DNA of 64,000 nt. It comes from Eledone cirrhosa. Its lineage: Eukaryota. The stretch is taken from NCBI GenBank assembly GCA_964016885.1, contig OZ024743.1, positions 117,490,001-117,554,000 of the forward strand. Reading direction: 5' to 3'. Position numbers and translations under genes: made by a program. Positions 9,771-23,129 of this stretch are shown in pieces. Each line of letters starts with the position of its first letter. Position 1 is the stretch's first letter. Under the pieces are notes generated by a model, which did not search any database, was not told the DNA's origin, and saw only the letters and a program-made list of their open reading frames with translations.

Positions 9771-10076
9771 TGCAGACTTATTATTTTCTCAAGTATTTCT
9801 AATGATTTTGATAGAGAACTATTTATGATTTAAATAACAATTAATCGAATGGTTCCTTTGTCAGTCATCAAAAAGTCACTTTTATTTTAGTAGACACCAA
9901 ATAATACCAACTATCAGCAACACGTCATATAGTTCAGGTGTGTTTTTGAACATTTAGTTCCGATTCAATAAAACAGGAATATTAGACGACAATATCAGCT
10001 ATTCAGTTTATCAATTCAAATAATGTGTTGAACATTCTAAACGAAACCGTCTATATATGAATGTATAGTAAGAGCT

Positions 10077-10083
10077 GTCTCTA

Positions 10084-10116
<33 letters not shown>

Positions 10117-10150
10117 TGAAAGGTTGGTGGTTCAAGTCCACCCAGGGACG
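10077..10150 (+). tRNA. tRNA-Asn-GTT: tRNA-Asn(GTT), unit 9 (G7A)
   Basis: As unit 5. Confidence 0.85.
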
Positions 10151-10486
10151 TAATAGTCTACTTTTGCTTTAGAAACATTACTAAAAAATCTGTATATTTA
10201 GGTTTACAGCTTGCATTCAGAATTATTTGTAACACTAATACATGTTTCAATATATTAGCCTGATAAAGATTAATTTTGCTTTACGTTACCTAAACCATTT
10301 CATCTCTACTGGATTGTATTTCACCAAAAATCTTCATATTTCTATCTTAAACGAACACTGATCATCATCTGATGGAACATATAAAGTGTATGTTATAAAA
10401 AAAATTCAAATGTTTTAACAATCTAAAGTAGATTATATTTGTTTGTTTAAGTCCTTTCGTAAATATACATTCAGCACGCACCATTG

Positions 10487-10559
10487 ATCCGGCTAGCTCA
10501 GTCGGTAGAGCAGGAGACACTTAATCTCAGAGTCCAGGGTTCGTGTCCAACGTTGGGTG
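10487..10559 (+). pseudogene. tRNA-Lys-CTT: pseudo-tRNA-Lys(CTT), unit 9
   Basis: As unit 1. Confidence 0.85.
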
Positions 10560-10954
10560 AAAATGGTATTGTTTCCATGATAAGTTTTATAAAATTGACA
10601 TTAATATTAATATTACGAAATAATTATATGGTACATTCATGTATCATGATCAATTGATATTCACCCTAAACATCTAATTGCAAAGCGAAATTTTCAGTGA
10701 GTTTTCAAAGCATTCTTATATATTTATGAAATTATTTTGCTATAGGTATGATATGAATTTACTAATATTAATTTTAGTATATAGAACTTGCAACAGGAAT
10801 AAGCAAGTTCAATTCAAATATTTATGTTTTACATAAAAATTACTCGTTTCTAAATCATAAATGATTATATTTCTCGAAGTATTTGTTTAATATAAATATA
10901 TTGTGGCGATACTGATGTAATTATGACGTCAAATAGAGAGTCGCTAGCTGTACA

Positions 10955-11027
10955 GCCGAAATTGCTCAGTTGGGAGAGCGTTAGACTGAAGATCTAATGG
11001 TCCCCTGTTCAATCCCGGGTTTCGGCA
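10955..11027 (+). tRNA. tRNA-Phe-GAA: tRNA-Phe(GAA), unit 9 (A9T, A44T)
   Basis: AAATTGCTC and CTAATGGTC variants. Confidence 0.8.
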
Positions 11028-11333
11028 TGCAGACTTATTATTTTCTCAAATATTTCTAATGATTTTGATAGAGAACTATATATGATTTAAATAACAATTA
11101 ATCGAATGGTTCCTTTGTCAGTCATCAAAAAGTCACTTTTATTTTAGTAGACACCAAATAATACCAACTATCAGCAAAACGTCATATAGTTCAGGTGTGT
11201 TTTTGAACATTTAGTTCCGATTCAATCAAAGAGGAATATTAGACGACAATATCAGGTATTCAGTTTATCAATTCAAATAATGTGTTGAACATTCTAAACG
11301 AAACCGTCGATATATGAATGTATAGAAAGAGCT

Positions 11334-11339
11334 GTCTCT

Positions 11340-11373
<34 letters not shown>

Positions 11374-11407
11374 TGAAAGGTTGGTGGTTCAAGTCCACCC
11401 AGGGACG
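11334..11407 (+). tRNA. tRNA-Asn-GTT: tRNA-Asn(GTT), unit 10
   Basis: As unit 1. Confidence 0.93.
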
Positions 11408-11743
11408 TAATAGTCTACTTTTGCTTTAGAAACATTACTAAAAAATCTGTATATTTAGGTTTACAGCTTGCATTCAGAATTATTTGTAACACTAATACAT
11501 GTTTCAATATATTAGCCTGATAAAGATTAATTTTGCTTTACGTTACCTAAACCATTTCATCTCTACTGGATTGTATTTCACCAAAAATCTTCATATTTCT
11601 ATCTTAAACGAACACTGATCATCATCTGATGGAACATATAAAGTGTATGTTATAAAAAAAATTCAAATGTTTTAACAATCTAAAGTAGATTATATTTGTT
11701 TGTTTAAGTCCTTTCGTAAATATACATTCAGCACGCACCATTG

Positions 11744-11816
11744 ATCCGGCTAGCTCAGTCGGTAGAGCAGGAGACACTTAATCTCAGAGTCCAGGGTTCG
11801 TGTCCAACGTTGGGTG
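11744..11816 (+). pseudogene. tRNA-Lys-CTT: pseudo-tRNA-Lys(CTT), unit 10
   Basis: As unit 1. Confidence 0.85.
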
Positions 11817-12211
11817 AAAATGGTATTGTTTCCATGATATGTTTTATAAAATTGACATTAATATTAATATTACGAAATAATTATATGGTACATTCATGTA
11901 TCATGATCAATTGATATTCATCCTAAATATTTAATAGCAAAGCGAAATTTTCAGTGAGTTTTCAAAACATTCTTATATATTTATGAAATTATTTTGCTAT
12001 AGGTATGATATGAATTTACTAATATTAATTTTAGTATATAGAACTTGCAACAGGAATAAGCAAGTTCAATTCAAATATTTATGTTTTACATAAAAATTAC
12101 TCGTTTCTAAATCATAAATGATTATATTTCTCGAAGTATTTGTTTAATATAAATATATTGTGGCGATACTGATGTAATTATGACGTCAATTAGAGAGTCA
12201 CTCGCTGTACA

Positions 12212-12284
12212 GCCGAAATAGCTCAGTTGGGAGAGCGTTAGATTGAAGATCTAAAGGTCCCCTGTTCAATCCCGGGTTTCGGCA
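12212..12284 (+). tRNA. tRNA-Phe-GAA: tRNA-Phe(GAA), unit 10 (C32T)
   Basis: As unit 1, TTAGATTGAAG. Confidence 0.87.
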
Positions 12285-12590
12285 TGCAGACGTATTATTT
12301 TCTCAAATATTTCTAATGATTTTGATAGAGAACTATATATGATTTAAATAACAATTAATCGAATGGTTCCTTTGTCAGTCATCAAAAAGTCACTTTTATT
12401 TTAGTAGACACCAAATAATACCAACTATCAGCAAAACGTCGTATAGTTCAGGTGTGTTTTTAAACATTTAGTTCCGATTCAATAAAAGAGGAATATTAGA
12501 CGACAATATCAGCTATTCAGTTTATCAATTCAAATAATGTGTTGAACATTCTAAACGAAACCGTCTATATATGAATGTATAGAAAGAGCT

Positions 12591-12596
12591 GTCTCT

Positions 12597-12630
<34 letters not shown>

Positions 12631-12664
12631 TGAAAGGTTGGTGGTTCAAGTCCACCCAGGGACG
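12591..12664 (+). tRNA. tRNA-Asn-GTT: tRNA-Asn(GTT), unit 11
   Basis: As unit 1. Confidence 0.93.
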
Positions 12665-13000
12665 TAATAGTCTACTTTTGCTTTAGAAACATTACTAAAA
12701 AATCTGTATATTTAGGTTTACAGCTTGCATTTAGAATTATTTGTAACACTAATACATGTTTCAATATATTAGCCTGATAAAGATTAATTTTGCTTTACGT
12801 TACCTAAACCATTTCATCTCTACTGGATTGTATTTCACCAAAAATCTTCATATTTCTATCTTAAACGAACACTGATCATCATCTGATGGAACATATAAAG
12901 TGTATGTTATAAAAAAAATTCAAATGTTTTAACAATCTAAAGTAGATTATATTTGTTTGTTTAAGTCCTTTCGTAAATATACATTCAGCACGCACCATTG

Positions 13001-13073
13001 ATCCGGCTAGCTCAGTCGGTAGAGCAGGAGACACTTAATCTCAGAGTCCAGGGTTCGTGTCCAACGTTGGGTG
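13001..13073 (+). pseudogene. tRNA-Lys-CTT: pseudo-tRNA-Lys(CTT), unit 11
   Basis: As unit 1. Confidence 0.85.
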
Positions 13074-13468
13074 AAAATGGTATTGTTTCCATGATATGTT
13101 TTATAAAATTGACATTAATATTAATATTACGAAATAATTATATGGTACATTCATGTATCATGATCAATTGATATTCACCCTAAATATCTAATTGCAAAGC
13201 GAAATTTTCAGTGAGTTTTCAAAGCATTCTTATATATTTATGAAATTATTTTGCTATAGGTATGATATGAATTTACTAATATTAATTTTAGTATATAGAA
13301 CATGCAACAGGAATAAGCAAGTTCAATTCAAATATTTATGTTTTACATATAAATTACTCGTTTCTAAATCATAAATGATTATATTTCTCGAAGTATTTGT
13401 TTAATATAAATATATTGTGGCGATACTGATGTAATTATGACGTCAAATACAGAGTCACTAGCTGTACA

Positions 13469-13541
13469 GCCGAAATAGCTCAGTTGGGAGAGCGTTAGAC
13501 TGAAGATCTAAAGGTCCCCTGTTCAATCCCGGGTTTCGGCA
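13469..13541 (+). tRNA. tRNA-Phe-GAA: tRNA-Phe(GAA), unit 11
   Basis: As unit 1. Confidence 0.9.
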
Positions 13542-13847
13542 TGCAGACGTATTATTTTCTCAAATATTTCTAATGATTTTGATAGAGAACTATATATGAT
13601 TTAAATAACAATTCATCGAATGGTTCCTTTGTCAGTCATCAAAAAGTCACTTTTATTTTAGTAGACACCAAATAATACCAACTATCAGCAAAACGTCGTA
13701 TAGTTCAGGTGTGTTTTTAAACATTTAGTTCCGATTCAATAAAAGAGGAATATTAGACGACAATATCAGGTATTCAGTTTATCAATTCAAATAATGTGTT
13801 GAACATTCTAAACGAAACCGTCTATATATGAATGTATAGAAAGAGCT

Positions 13848-13853
13848 GTCTCT

Positions 13854-13887
<34 letters not shown>

Positions 13888-13921
13888 TGAAAGGTTGGTG
13901 GTTCAAGTCCACCCAGGGACG
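13848..13921 (+). tRNA. tRNA-Asn-GTT: tRNA-Asn(GTT), unit 12
   Basis: As unit 1. Confidence 0.93.
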
Positions 13922-14257
13922 TAATAGTCTACTTTTGCTTTAGAAACATTACTAAAAAATCTGTATATTTAGGTTTACAGCTTGCATTCAGAATTATTTG
14001 TAACACTAATACATGTTTCAATATATTAGCCTGATAAAGATTAATTTTGCTTTACGTTACCTAAACCATTTCATCTCTACTGGATTGTATTTCACCAAAA
14101 ATCTTCATATTTCTATCTTAAACGAACACTGATCATCATCTGATGGAACATATAAAGTGTATGTTATAAAAAAAATTCAAATGTTTTAACAATCTAAAGT
14201 AGATTATATTTGTTTGTTTAAGTCCTTTCGTAAATATACATTCAGCACGCACCATTG

Positions 14258-14330
14258 ATCCCGCTAGCTCAGTCGGTAGAGCAGGAGACACTTAATCTCA
14301 GAGTCCAGGGTTCGTGTCCAACGTTGGGTG
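14258..14330 (+). pseudogene. tRNA-Lys-CTT: pseudo-tRNA-Lys(CTT), unit 12
   Basis: As unit 1 plus G5C. Confidence 0.85.
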
Positions 14331-14725
14331 AAAATGGTATTGTTTCCATGATATGTTTTATAAAATTGACATTAATATTAATATTACGAAATAATTATAT
14401 GGTACATTCATGTATCATGATCAATTGATATTCATCCTAAATATTTAATAGCAAAGCGAAATTTTCAGTGAGTTTTCAAAACATTCTTATATATTTATGA
14501 AATTATTTTGCTATAGGTATGATATGAATTTACTAATATTAATTTTAGTATATAGAACTTGCAACAGGAATAAGCAAGTTCAATTCAAATATTTATGTTT
14601 TACATAAAAATTACTCGTTTCTAAATCATAAATGATTATATTTCTCGAAGTATTTGTTTAATATAAATATATTGTGGCGATACTGATGTAATTATGACGT
14701 CAATTAGAGAGTCACTAGCTGTACA

Positions 14726-14798
14726 GCCGAAATAGCTCAGTTGGGAGAGCGTTAGACTGAAGATCTAAAGGTCCCCTGTTCAATCCCGGGTTTCGGCA
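14726..14798 (+). tRNA. tRNA-Phe-GAA: tRNA-Phe(GAA), unit 12
   Basis: As unit 1. Confidence 0.9.
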
Positions 14799-15104
14799 TG
14801 CAGACTTATTATTTTCTCAAGTATTTCTAATGATTTTGATAGAGAACTATTTATGATTTAAATAACAATTAATCGAATGGTTCCTTTGTCAGTCATCAAA
14901 AAGTCACTTTTATTTTAGTAGACACCAAATAATACCAACTATCAGCAACACGTCATATAGTTCAGGTGTGTTTTTGAACATTTAGTTCCGATTCAATAAA
15001 ACAGGAATATTAGACGACAATATCAGCTATTCAGTTTATCAATTCAAATAATGTGTTGAACATTCTAAACGAAACCGTCTATATATGAATGTATAGTAAG
15101 AGCT

Positions 15105-15111
15105 GTCTCTA

Positions 15112-15144
<33 letters not shown>

Positions 15145-15178
15145 TGAAAGGTTGGTGGTTCAAGTCCACCCAGGGACG
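15105..15178 (+). tRNA. tRNA-Asn-GTT: tRNA-Asn(GTT), unit 13 (G7A)
   Basis: As unit 5. Confidence 0.85.
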
Positions 15179-15514
15179 TAATAGTCTACTTTTGCTTTAG
15201 AAACATTACTAAAAAATCTGTATATTTAGGTTTACAGCTTGCATTCAGAATTATTTGTAACACTAATACATGTTTCAATATATTAGCCTGATAAAGATTA
15301 ATTTTGCTTTACGTTACCTAAACCATTTCATCTCTACTGGATTGTATTTCACCAAAAATCTTCATATTTCTATCTTAAACGAACACTGATCATCATCTGA
15401 TGGAACATATAAAGTGTATGTTATAAAAAAAATTCAAATGTTTTAACAATCTAAAGTAGATTATATTTGTTTGTTTAAGTCCTTTCGTAAATATACATTC
15501 AGCACGCACCATTG

Positions 15515-15587
15515 ATCCGGCTAGCTCAGTCGGTAGAGCAGGAGACACTTAATCTCAGAGTCCAGGGTTCGTGTCCAACGTTGGGTG
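15515..15587 (+). pseudogene. tRNA-Lys-CTT: pseudo-tRNA-Lys(CTT), unit 13
   Basis: As unit 1. Confidence 0.85.
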
Positions 15588-15982
15588 AAAATGGTATTGT
15601 TTCCATGATAAGTTTTATAAAATTGACATTAATATTAATATTACGAAATAATTATATGGTACATTCATGTATCATGATCAATTGATATTCACCCTAAACA
15701 TCTAATTGCAAAGCGAAATTTTCAGTGAGTTTTCAAAGCATTCTTATATATTTATGAAATTATTTTGCTATAGGTATGATATGAATTTACTAATATTAAT
15801 TTTAGTATATAGAACTTGCAACAGGAATAAGCAAGTTCAATTCAAATATTTATGTTTTACATAAAAATTACTCGTTTCTAAATCATAAATGATTATATTT
15901 CTCGAAGTATTTGTTTAATATAAATATATTGTGGCGATACTGATGTAATTATGACGTCAAATAGAGAGTCGCTAGCTGTACA

Positions 15983-16055
15983 GCCGAAATTGCTCAGTTG
16001 GGAGAGCGTTAGACTGAAGATCTAATGGTCCCCTGTTCAATCCCGGGTTTCGGCA
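15983..16055 (+). tRNA. tRNA-Phe-GAA: tRNA-Phe(GAA), unit 13 (A9T, A44T)
   Basis: As unit 9. Confidence 0.8.
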
Positions 16056-16361
16056 TGCAGACTTATTATTTTCTCAAATATTTCTAATGATTTTGATAGA
16101 GAACTATATATGATTTAAATAACAATTAATCGAATGGTTCCTTTGTCAGTCATCAAAAAGTCACTTTTATTTTAGTAGACACCAAATAATACCAACTATC
16201 AGCAAAACGTCATATAGTTCAGGTGTGTTTTTGAACATTTAGTTCCGATTCAATCAAAGAGGAATATTAGACGACAATATCAGGTATTCAGTTTATCAAT
16301 TCAAATAATGTGTTGAACATTCTAAACGAAACCGTCTATATATGAATGTATAGAAAGAGCT

Positions 16362-16367
16362 GTCTCT

Positions 16368-16401
<34 letters not shown>

Positions 16402-16435
16402 TGAAAGGTTGGTGGTTCAAGTCCACCCAGGGACG
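16362..16435 (+). tRNA. tRNA-Asn-GTT: tRNA-Asn(GTT), unit 14
   Basis: As unit 1. Confidence 0.93.
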
Positions 16436-16771
16436 TAATAGTCTACTTTTGCTTTAGAAACATTACTAAAAAATCTGTATATTTAGGTTTACAGCTTGCA
16501 TTCAGAATTATTTGTAACACTAATACATGTTTCAATATATTAGCCTGATAAAGATTAATTTTGCTTTACGTTACCTAAACCATTTCATCTCTACTGGATT
16601 GTATTTCACCAAAAATCTTCATATTTCTATCTTAAACGAACACTGATCATCATCTGATGGAACATATAAAGTGTATGTTATAAAAAAAATTCAAATGTTT
16701 TAACAATCTAAAGTAGATTATATTTGTTTGTTTAAGTCCTTTCGTAAATATACATTCAGCACGCACCATTG

Positions 16772-16844
16772 ATCCGGCTAGCTCAGTCGGTAGAGCAGGA
16801 GACACTTAATCTCAGAGTCCAGGGTTCGTGTCCAACGTTGGGTG
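16772..16844 (+). pseudogene. tRNA-Lys-CTT: pseudo-tRNA-Lys(CTT), unit 14
   Basis: As unit 1. Confidence 0.85.
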
Positions 16845-17239
16845 AAAATGGTATTGTTTCCATGATATGTTTTATAAAATTGACATTAATATTAATATTA
16901 CGAAATAATTATATGGTACATTCATGTATCATGATCAATTGATATTCATCCTAAATATTTAATAGCAAAGCGAAATTTTCAGTGAGTTTTCAAAACATTC
17001 TTATATATTTATGAAATTATTTTGCTATAGGTATGATATGAATTTACTAATATTAATTTTAGTATATAGAACTTGCAACAGGAATAAGCAAGTTCAATTC
17101 AAATATTTATGTTTTACATAAAAATTACTCGTTTCTAAATCATAAATGATTATATTTCTCGAAGTATTTGTTTAATATAAATATATTGTGGCGATACTGA
17201 TGTAATTATGACGTCAATTAGAGAGTCACTAGCTGTACA

Positions 17240-17312
17240 GCCGAAATAGCTCAGTTGGGAGAGCGTTAGACTGAAGATCTAAAGGTCCCCTGTTCAATCC
17301 CGGGTTTCGGCA
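17240..17312 (+). tRNA. tRNA-Phe-GAA: tRNA-Phe(GAA), unit 14
   Basis: As unit 1. Confidence 0.9.
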
Positions 17313-17618
17313 TGCAGACTTATTATTTTCTCAAGTATTTCTAATGATTTTGATAGAGAACTATTTATGATTTAAATAACAATTAATCGAATGGTTCCTT
17401 TGTCAGTCATCAAAAAGTCACTTTTATTTTAGTAGACACCAAATAATACCAACTATCAGCAACACGTCATATAGTTCAGGTGTGTTTTTGAACATTTAGT
17501 TCCGATTCAATAAAACAGGAATATTAGACGACAATATCAGCTATTCAGTTTATCAATTCAAATAATGTGTTGAACATTCTAAACGAAACCGTCTATATAT
17601 GAATGTATAGTAAGAGCT

Positions 17619-17625
17619 GTCTCTA

Positions 17626-17658
<33 letters not shown>

Positions 17659-17692
17659 TGAAGGGTTGGTGGTTCAAGTCCACCCAGGGACG
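17619..17692 (+). tRNA. tRNA-Asn-GTT: tRNA-Asn(GTT), unit 15 (G7A, A44G)
   Basis: As unit 5 plus GAAGGG. Confidence 0.83.
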
Positions 17693-18028
17693 TAATAGTC
17701 TACTTTTGCTTTAGAAACATTACTAAAAAATCTGTATATTTAGGTTTACAGCTTGCATTCAGAATTATTTGTAACACTAATACATGTTTCAATATATTAG
17801 CCTGATAAAGATTAATTTTGCTTTACGTTACCTAAACCATTTCATCTCTACTGGATTGTATTTCACCAAAAATCTTCATATTTCTATCTTAAACGAACAC
17901 TGATCATCATCTGATGGAACATATAAAGTGTATGTTATAAAACAAATTCAAATGTTTTAACAATCTAAAGTAGATTATATTTGTTTGTTTAAGTCCTTTC
18001 GTAAATATACATTCAGCACGCACCATTG

Positions 18029-18101
18029 ATCCGGCTAGCTCAGTCGGTAGAGCAGGAGACACTTAATCTCAGAGTCCAGGGTTCGTGTCCAACGTTGGGT
18101 G
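18029..18101 (+). pseudogene. tRNA-Lys-CTT: pseudo-tRNA-Lys(CTT), unit 15
   Basis: As unit 1. Confidence 0.85.
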
Positions 18102-18496
18102 AAAATGGTATTGTTTCCATGATAAGTTTTATAAAATTGACATTAATATTAATATTACGAAATAATTATATGGTACATTCATGTATCATGATCAATTGAT
18201 ATTCACCCTAAACATCTAATTGCAAAGCGAAATTTTCAGTGAGTTTTCAAAGCATTCTTATATATTTATGAAATTATTTTGCTATAGGTATGATATGAAT
18301 TTACTAATATTAATTTTAGTATATAGAACTTGCAACAGGAATAAGCAAGTTCAATTCAAATATTTATGTTTTACATAAAAATTACTCGTTTCTAAATCAT
18401 AAATGATTATATTTCTCGAAGTATTTGTTTAATATAAATATATTGTGGCGATACTGATGTAATTATGACGTCAAATAGAGAGTCGCTAGCTGTACA

Positions 18497-18569
18497 GCCG
18501 AAATTGCTCAGTTGGGAGAGCGTTAGACTGAAGATCTAATGGTCCCCTGTTCAATCCCGGGTTTCGGCA
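18497..18569 (+). tRNA. tRNA-Phe-GAA: tRNA-Phe(GAA), unit 15 (A9T, A44T)
   Basis: As unit 9. Confidence 0.8.
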
Positions 18570-18875
18570 TGCAGACTTATTATTTTCTCAAATATTTCTA
18601 ATGATTTTGATAGAGAACTATATATGATTTAAATAACAATTAATCGAATGGTTCCTTTGTCAGTCATCAAAAAGTCACTTTTATTTTAGTAGACACCAAA
18701 TAATACCAACTATCAGCAAAACGTCGTATAGTTCAGGTGTGTTTTTAAACATTTAGTTCCGATTCAATAAAAGAGGAATATTAGACGACAATATCAGGTA
18801 TTCAGTTTATCAATTCAAATAATGTGTTGAACATTCTAAACGAAACCGTCTATATATGAATGTATAGAAAGAGCT

Positions 18876-18881
18876 GTCTCT

Positions 18882-18915
<34 letters not shown>

Positions 18916-18949
18916 TGAAAGGTTGGTGGTTCAAGTCCACCCAGGGACG
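18876..18949 (+). tRNA. tRNA-Asn-GTT: tRNA-Asn(GTT), unit 16
   Basis: As unit 1. Confidence 0.93.
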
Positions 18950-19285
18950 TAATAGTCTACTTTTGCTTTAGAAACATTACTAAAAAATCTGTATATTTAG
19001 GTTTACAGCTTGCATTCAGAATTATTTGTAACACTAATACATGTTTCAATATATTAGCCTGATAAAGATTAATTTTGCTTTACGTTACCTAAACCATTTC
19101 ATCTCTACTGGATTGTATTTCACCAAAAATCTTCATATTTCTATCTTAAACGAACACTGATCATCATCTGATGGAACATATAAAGTGTATGTTATAAAAA
19201 AAATTCAAATGTTTTAACAATCTAAAGTAGATTATATTTGTTTGTTTAAGTCCTTTCGTAAATATACATTCAGCACGCACCATTG

Positions 19286-19358
19286 ATCCGGCTAGCTCAG
19301 TCGGTAGAGCAGGAGACACTTAATCTCAGAGTCCAGGGTTCGTGTCCAACGTTGGGTG
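19286..19358 (+). pseudogene. tRNA-Lys-CTT: pseudo-tRNA-Lys(CTT), unit 16
   Basis: As unit 1. Confidence 0.85.
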
Positions 19359-19753
19359 AAAATGGTATTGTTTCCATGATATGTTTTATAAAATTGACAT
19401 TAATATTAATATTACGAAATAATTATATGGTACATTCATGTATCATGATCAATTGATATTCATCCTAAATATTTAATAGCAAAGCGAAATTTTCAGTGAG
19501 TTTTCAAAACATTCTTATATATTTATGAAATTATTTTGCTATAGGTATGATATGAATTTACTAATATTAATTTTAGTATATAGAACTTGCAACAGGAATA
19601 AGCAAGTTCAATTCAAATATTTATGTTTTACATAAAAATTACTCGTTTCTAAATCATAAATGATTATATTTCTCGAAGTATTTGTTTAATATAAATATAT
19701 TGTGGCGATACTGATGTAATTATGACGTCAATTAGAGAGTCACTAGCTGTACA

Positions 19754-19826
19754 GCCGAAATAGCTCAGTTGGGAGAGCGTTAGACTGAAGATCTAAAGGT
19801 CCCCTGTTCAATCCCGGGTTTCGGCA
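19754..19826 (+). tRNA. tRNA-Phe-GAA: tRNA-Phe(GAA), unit 16
   Basis: As unit 1. Confidence 0.9.
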
Positions 19827-20132
19827 TGCAGACTTATTATTTTCTCAAGTATTTCTAATGATTTTGATAGAGAACTATTTATGATTTAAATAACAATTAA
19901 TCGAATGGTTCCTTTGTCAGTCATCAAAAAGTCACTTTTATTTTAGTAGACACCAAATAATACCAACTATCAGCAAAACGTCGTATAGTTCAGGTGTGTT
20001 TTTAAACATTTAGTTCCGATTCAATAAAAGAGGAATATTAGACGACAATATCAGGTATTCAGTTTATCAATTCAAATAATGTGTTGAACATTCTAAACGA
20101 AACCGTCTATATATGAATGTATAGAAAGAGCT

Positions 20133-20138
20133 GTCTCT

Positions 20139-20172
<34 letters not shown>

Positions 20173-20206
20173 TGAAAGGTTGGTGGTTCAAGTCCACCCA
20201 GGGACG
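20133..20206 (+). tRNA. tRNA-Asn-GTT: tRNA-Asn(GTT), unit 17
   Basis: As unit 1. Confidence 0.93.
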
Positions 20207-20542
20207 TAATAGTCTACTTTTGCTTTAGAAACATTACTAAAAAATCTGTATATTTAGGTTTACAGCTTGCATTCAGAATTATTTGTAACACTAATACATG
20301 TTTCAATATATTAGCCTGATAAAGATTAATTTTGCTTTACGTTACCTAAACCATTTCATCTCTACTGGATTGTATTTCACCAAAAATCTTCATATTTCTA
20401 TCTTAAACGAACACTGATCATCATCTGATGGAACATATAAAGTGTATGTTATAAAAAAAATTCAAATGTTTTAACAATCTAAAGTAGATTATATTTGTTT
20501 GTTTAAGTCCTTTCGTAAATATACATTCAGCACGCACCATTG

Positions 20543-20615
20543 ATCCGGCTAGCTCAGTCGGTAGAGCAGGAGACACTTAATCTCAGAGTCCAGGGTTCGT
20601 GTCCAACGTTGGGTG
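20543..20615 (+). pseudogene. tRNA-Lys-CTT: pseudo-tRNA-Lys(CTT), unit 17
   Basis: As unit 1. Confidence 0.85.
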
Positions 20616-21010
20616 AAAATGGTATTGTTTCCATGATATGTTTTATAAAATTGACATTAATATTAATATTACGAAATAATTATATGGTACATTCATGTAT
20701 CATGATCAATTGATATTCATCCTAAATATTTAATAGCAAAGCGAAATTTTCAGTGAGTTTTCAAAACATTCTTATATATTTATGAAATTATTTTGCTATA
20801 GGTATGATATGAATTTACTAATATTAATTTTAGTATATAGAACTTGCAACAGGAATAAGCAAGTTCAATTCAAATATTTATGTTTTACATAAAAATTACT
20901 CGTTTCTAAATCATAAATGATTATATTTCTCGAAGTATTTGTTTAATATAAATATATTGTGGCGATACTGATGTAATTATGACGTCAATTAGAGAGTCAC
21001 TAGCTGTACA

Positions 21011-21083
21011 GCCGAAATAGCTCAGTTGGGAGAGCGTTAGACTGAAGATCTAAAGGTCCCCTGTTCAATCCCGGGTTTCGGCA
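21011..21083 (+). tRNA. tRNA-Phe-GAA: tRNA-Phe(GAA), unit 17
   Basis: As unit 1. Confidence 0.9.
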
Positions 21084-21389
21084 TGCAGACTTATTATTTT
21101 CTCAAGTATTTCTAATGATTTTGATAGAGAACTATTTATGATTTAAATAACAATTAATCGAATGGTTCCTTTGTCAGTCATCAAAAAGTCACTTTTATTT
21201 TAGTAGACACCAAATAATACCAACTATCAGCAACACGTCATATAGTTCAGGTGTGTTTTTGAACATTTAGTTCCGATTCAATAAAACAGGAATATTAGAC
21301 GACAATATCAGCTATTCAGTTTATCAATTCAAATAATGTGTTGAACATTCTAAACGAAACCGTCTATATATGAATGTATAGTAAGAGCT

Positions 21390-21396
21390 GTCTCTA

Positions 21397-21429
<33 letters not shown>

Positions 21430-21463
21430 TGAAAGGTTGGTGGTTCAAGTCCACCCAGGGACG
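21390..21463 (+). tRNA. tRNA-Asn-GTT: tRNA-Asn(GTT), unit 18 (G7A)
   Basis: As unit 5. Confidence 0.85.
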
Positions 21464-21799
21464 TAATAGTCTACTTTTGCTTTAGAAACATTACTAAAAA
21501 ATCTGTATATTTAGGTTTACAGCTTGCATTCAGAATTATTTGTAACACTAATACATGTTTCAATATATTAGCCTGATAAAGATTAATTTTGCTTTACGTT
21601 ACCTAAACCATTTCATCTCTACTGGATTGTATTTCACCAAAAATCTTCATATTTCTATCTTAAACGAACACTGATCATCATCTGATGGAACATATAAAGT
21701 GTATGTTATAAAAAAAATTCAAATGTTTTAACAATCTAAAGTAGATTATATTTGTTTGTTTAAGTCCTTTCGTAAATATACATTCAGCACGCACCATTG

Positions 21800-21872
21800 A
21801 TCCGGCTAGCTCAGTCGGTAGAGCAGGAGACACTTAATCTCAGAGTCCAGGGTTCGTGTCCAACGTTGGGTG
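21800..21872 (+). pseudogene. tRNA-Lys-CTT: pseudo-tRNA-Lys(CTT), unit 18
   Basis: As unit 1. Confidence 0.85.
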
Positions 21873-22267
21873 AAAATGGTATTGTTTCCATGATAAGTTT
21901 TATAAAATTGACATTAATATTAATATTACGAAATAATTATATGGTACATTCATGTATCATGATCAATTGATATTCACCCTAAACATCTAATTGCAAAGCG
22001 AAATTTTCAGTGAGTTTTCAAAGCATTCTTATATATTTATGAAATTATTTTGCTATAGGTATGATATGAATTTACTAATATTAATTTTAGTATATAGAAC
22101 TTGCAACAGGAATAAGCAAGTTCAATTCAAATATTTATGTTTTACATAAAAATTACTCGTTTCTAAATCATAAATGATTATATTTCTCGAAGTATTTGTT
22201 TAATATAAATATATTGTGGCGATACTGATGTAATTATGACGTCAAATAGAGAGTCGCTAGCTGTACA

Positions 22268-22340
22268 GCCGAAATTGCTCAGTTGGGAGAGCGTTAGACT
22301 GAAGATCTAATGGTCCCCTGTTCAATCCCGGGTTTCGGCA
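22268..22340 (+). tRNA. tRNA-Phe-GAA: tRNA-Phe(GAA), unit 18 (A9T, A44T)
   Basis: As unit 9. Confidence 0.8.
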
Positions 22341-22646
22341 TGCAGACTTATTATTTTCTCAAATATTTCTAATGATTTTGATAGAGAACTATATATGATT
22401 TAAATAACAATTAATCGAATGGTTCCTTTGTCAGTCATCAAAAAGTCACTTTTATTTTAGTAGACACCAAATAATACCAACTATCAGCAAAACGTCATAT
22501 AGTTCAGGTGTGTTTTTGAACATTTAGTTCCGATTCAATCAAAGAGGAATATTAGACGACAATATCAGGTATTCAGTTTATCAATTCAAATAATGTGTTG
22601 AACATTCTAAACGAAACCGTCTATATATGAATGTATAGAAAGAGCT

Positions 22647-22652
22647 GTCTCT

Positions 22653-22686
<34 letters not shown>

Positions 22687-22720
22687 TGAAAGGTTGGTGG
22701 TTCAAGTCCACCCAGGGACG
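22647..22720 (+). tRNA. tRNA-Asn-GTT: tRNA-Asn(GTT), unit 19
   Basis: As unit 1. Confidence 0.93.
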
Positions 22721-23056
22721 TAATAGTCTACTTTTGCTTTAGAAACATTACTAAAAAATCTGTATATTTAGGTTTACAGCTTGCATTCAGAATTATTTGT
22801 AACACTAATACATGTTTCAATATATTAGCCTGATAAAGATTAATTTTGCTTTACGTTACCTAAACCATTTCATCTCTACTGGATTGTATTTCACCAAAAA
22901 TCTTCATATTTCTATCTTAAACGAACACTGATCATCATCTGATGGAACATATAAAGTGTATGTTATAAAAGAAATTCAAATGTTTTAACAATCTAAAGTA
23001 GATTATATTTGTTTGTTTAAGTCCTTTCGTAAATATACATTCAGCACGCACCATTG

Positions 23057-23129
23057 ATCCGGCTAGCTCAGTCGGTAGAGCAGGAGACACTTAATCTCAG
23101 AGTCCAGGGTTCGTGTCCAACGTTGGGTG
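23057..23129 (+). pseudogene. tRNA-Lys-CTT: pseudo-tRNA-Lys(CTT), unit 19
   Basis: As unit 1. Confidence 0.85.
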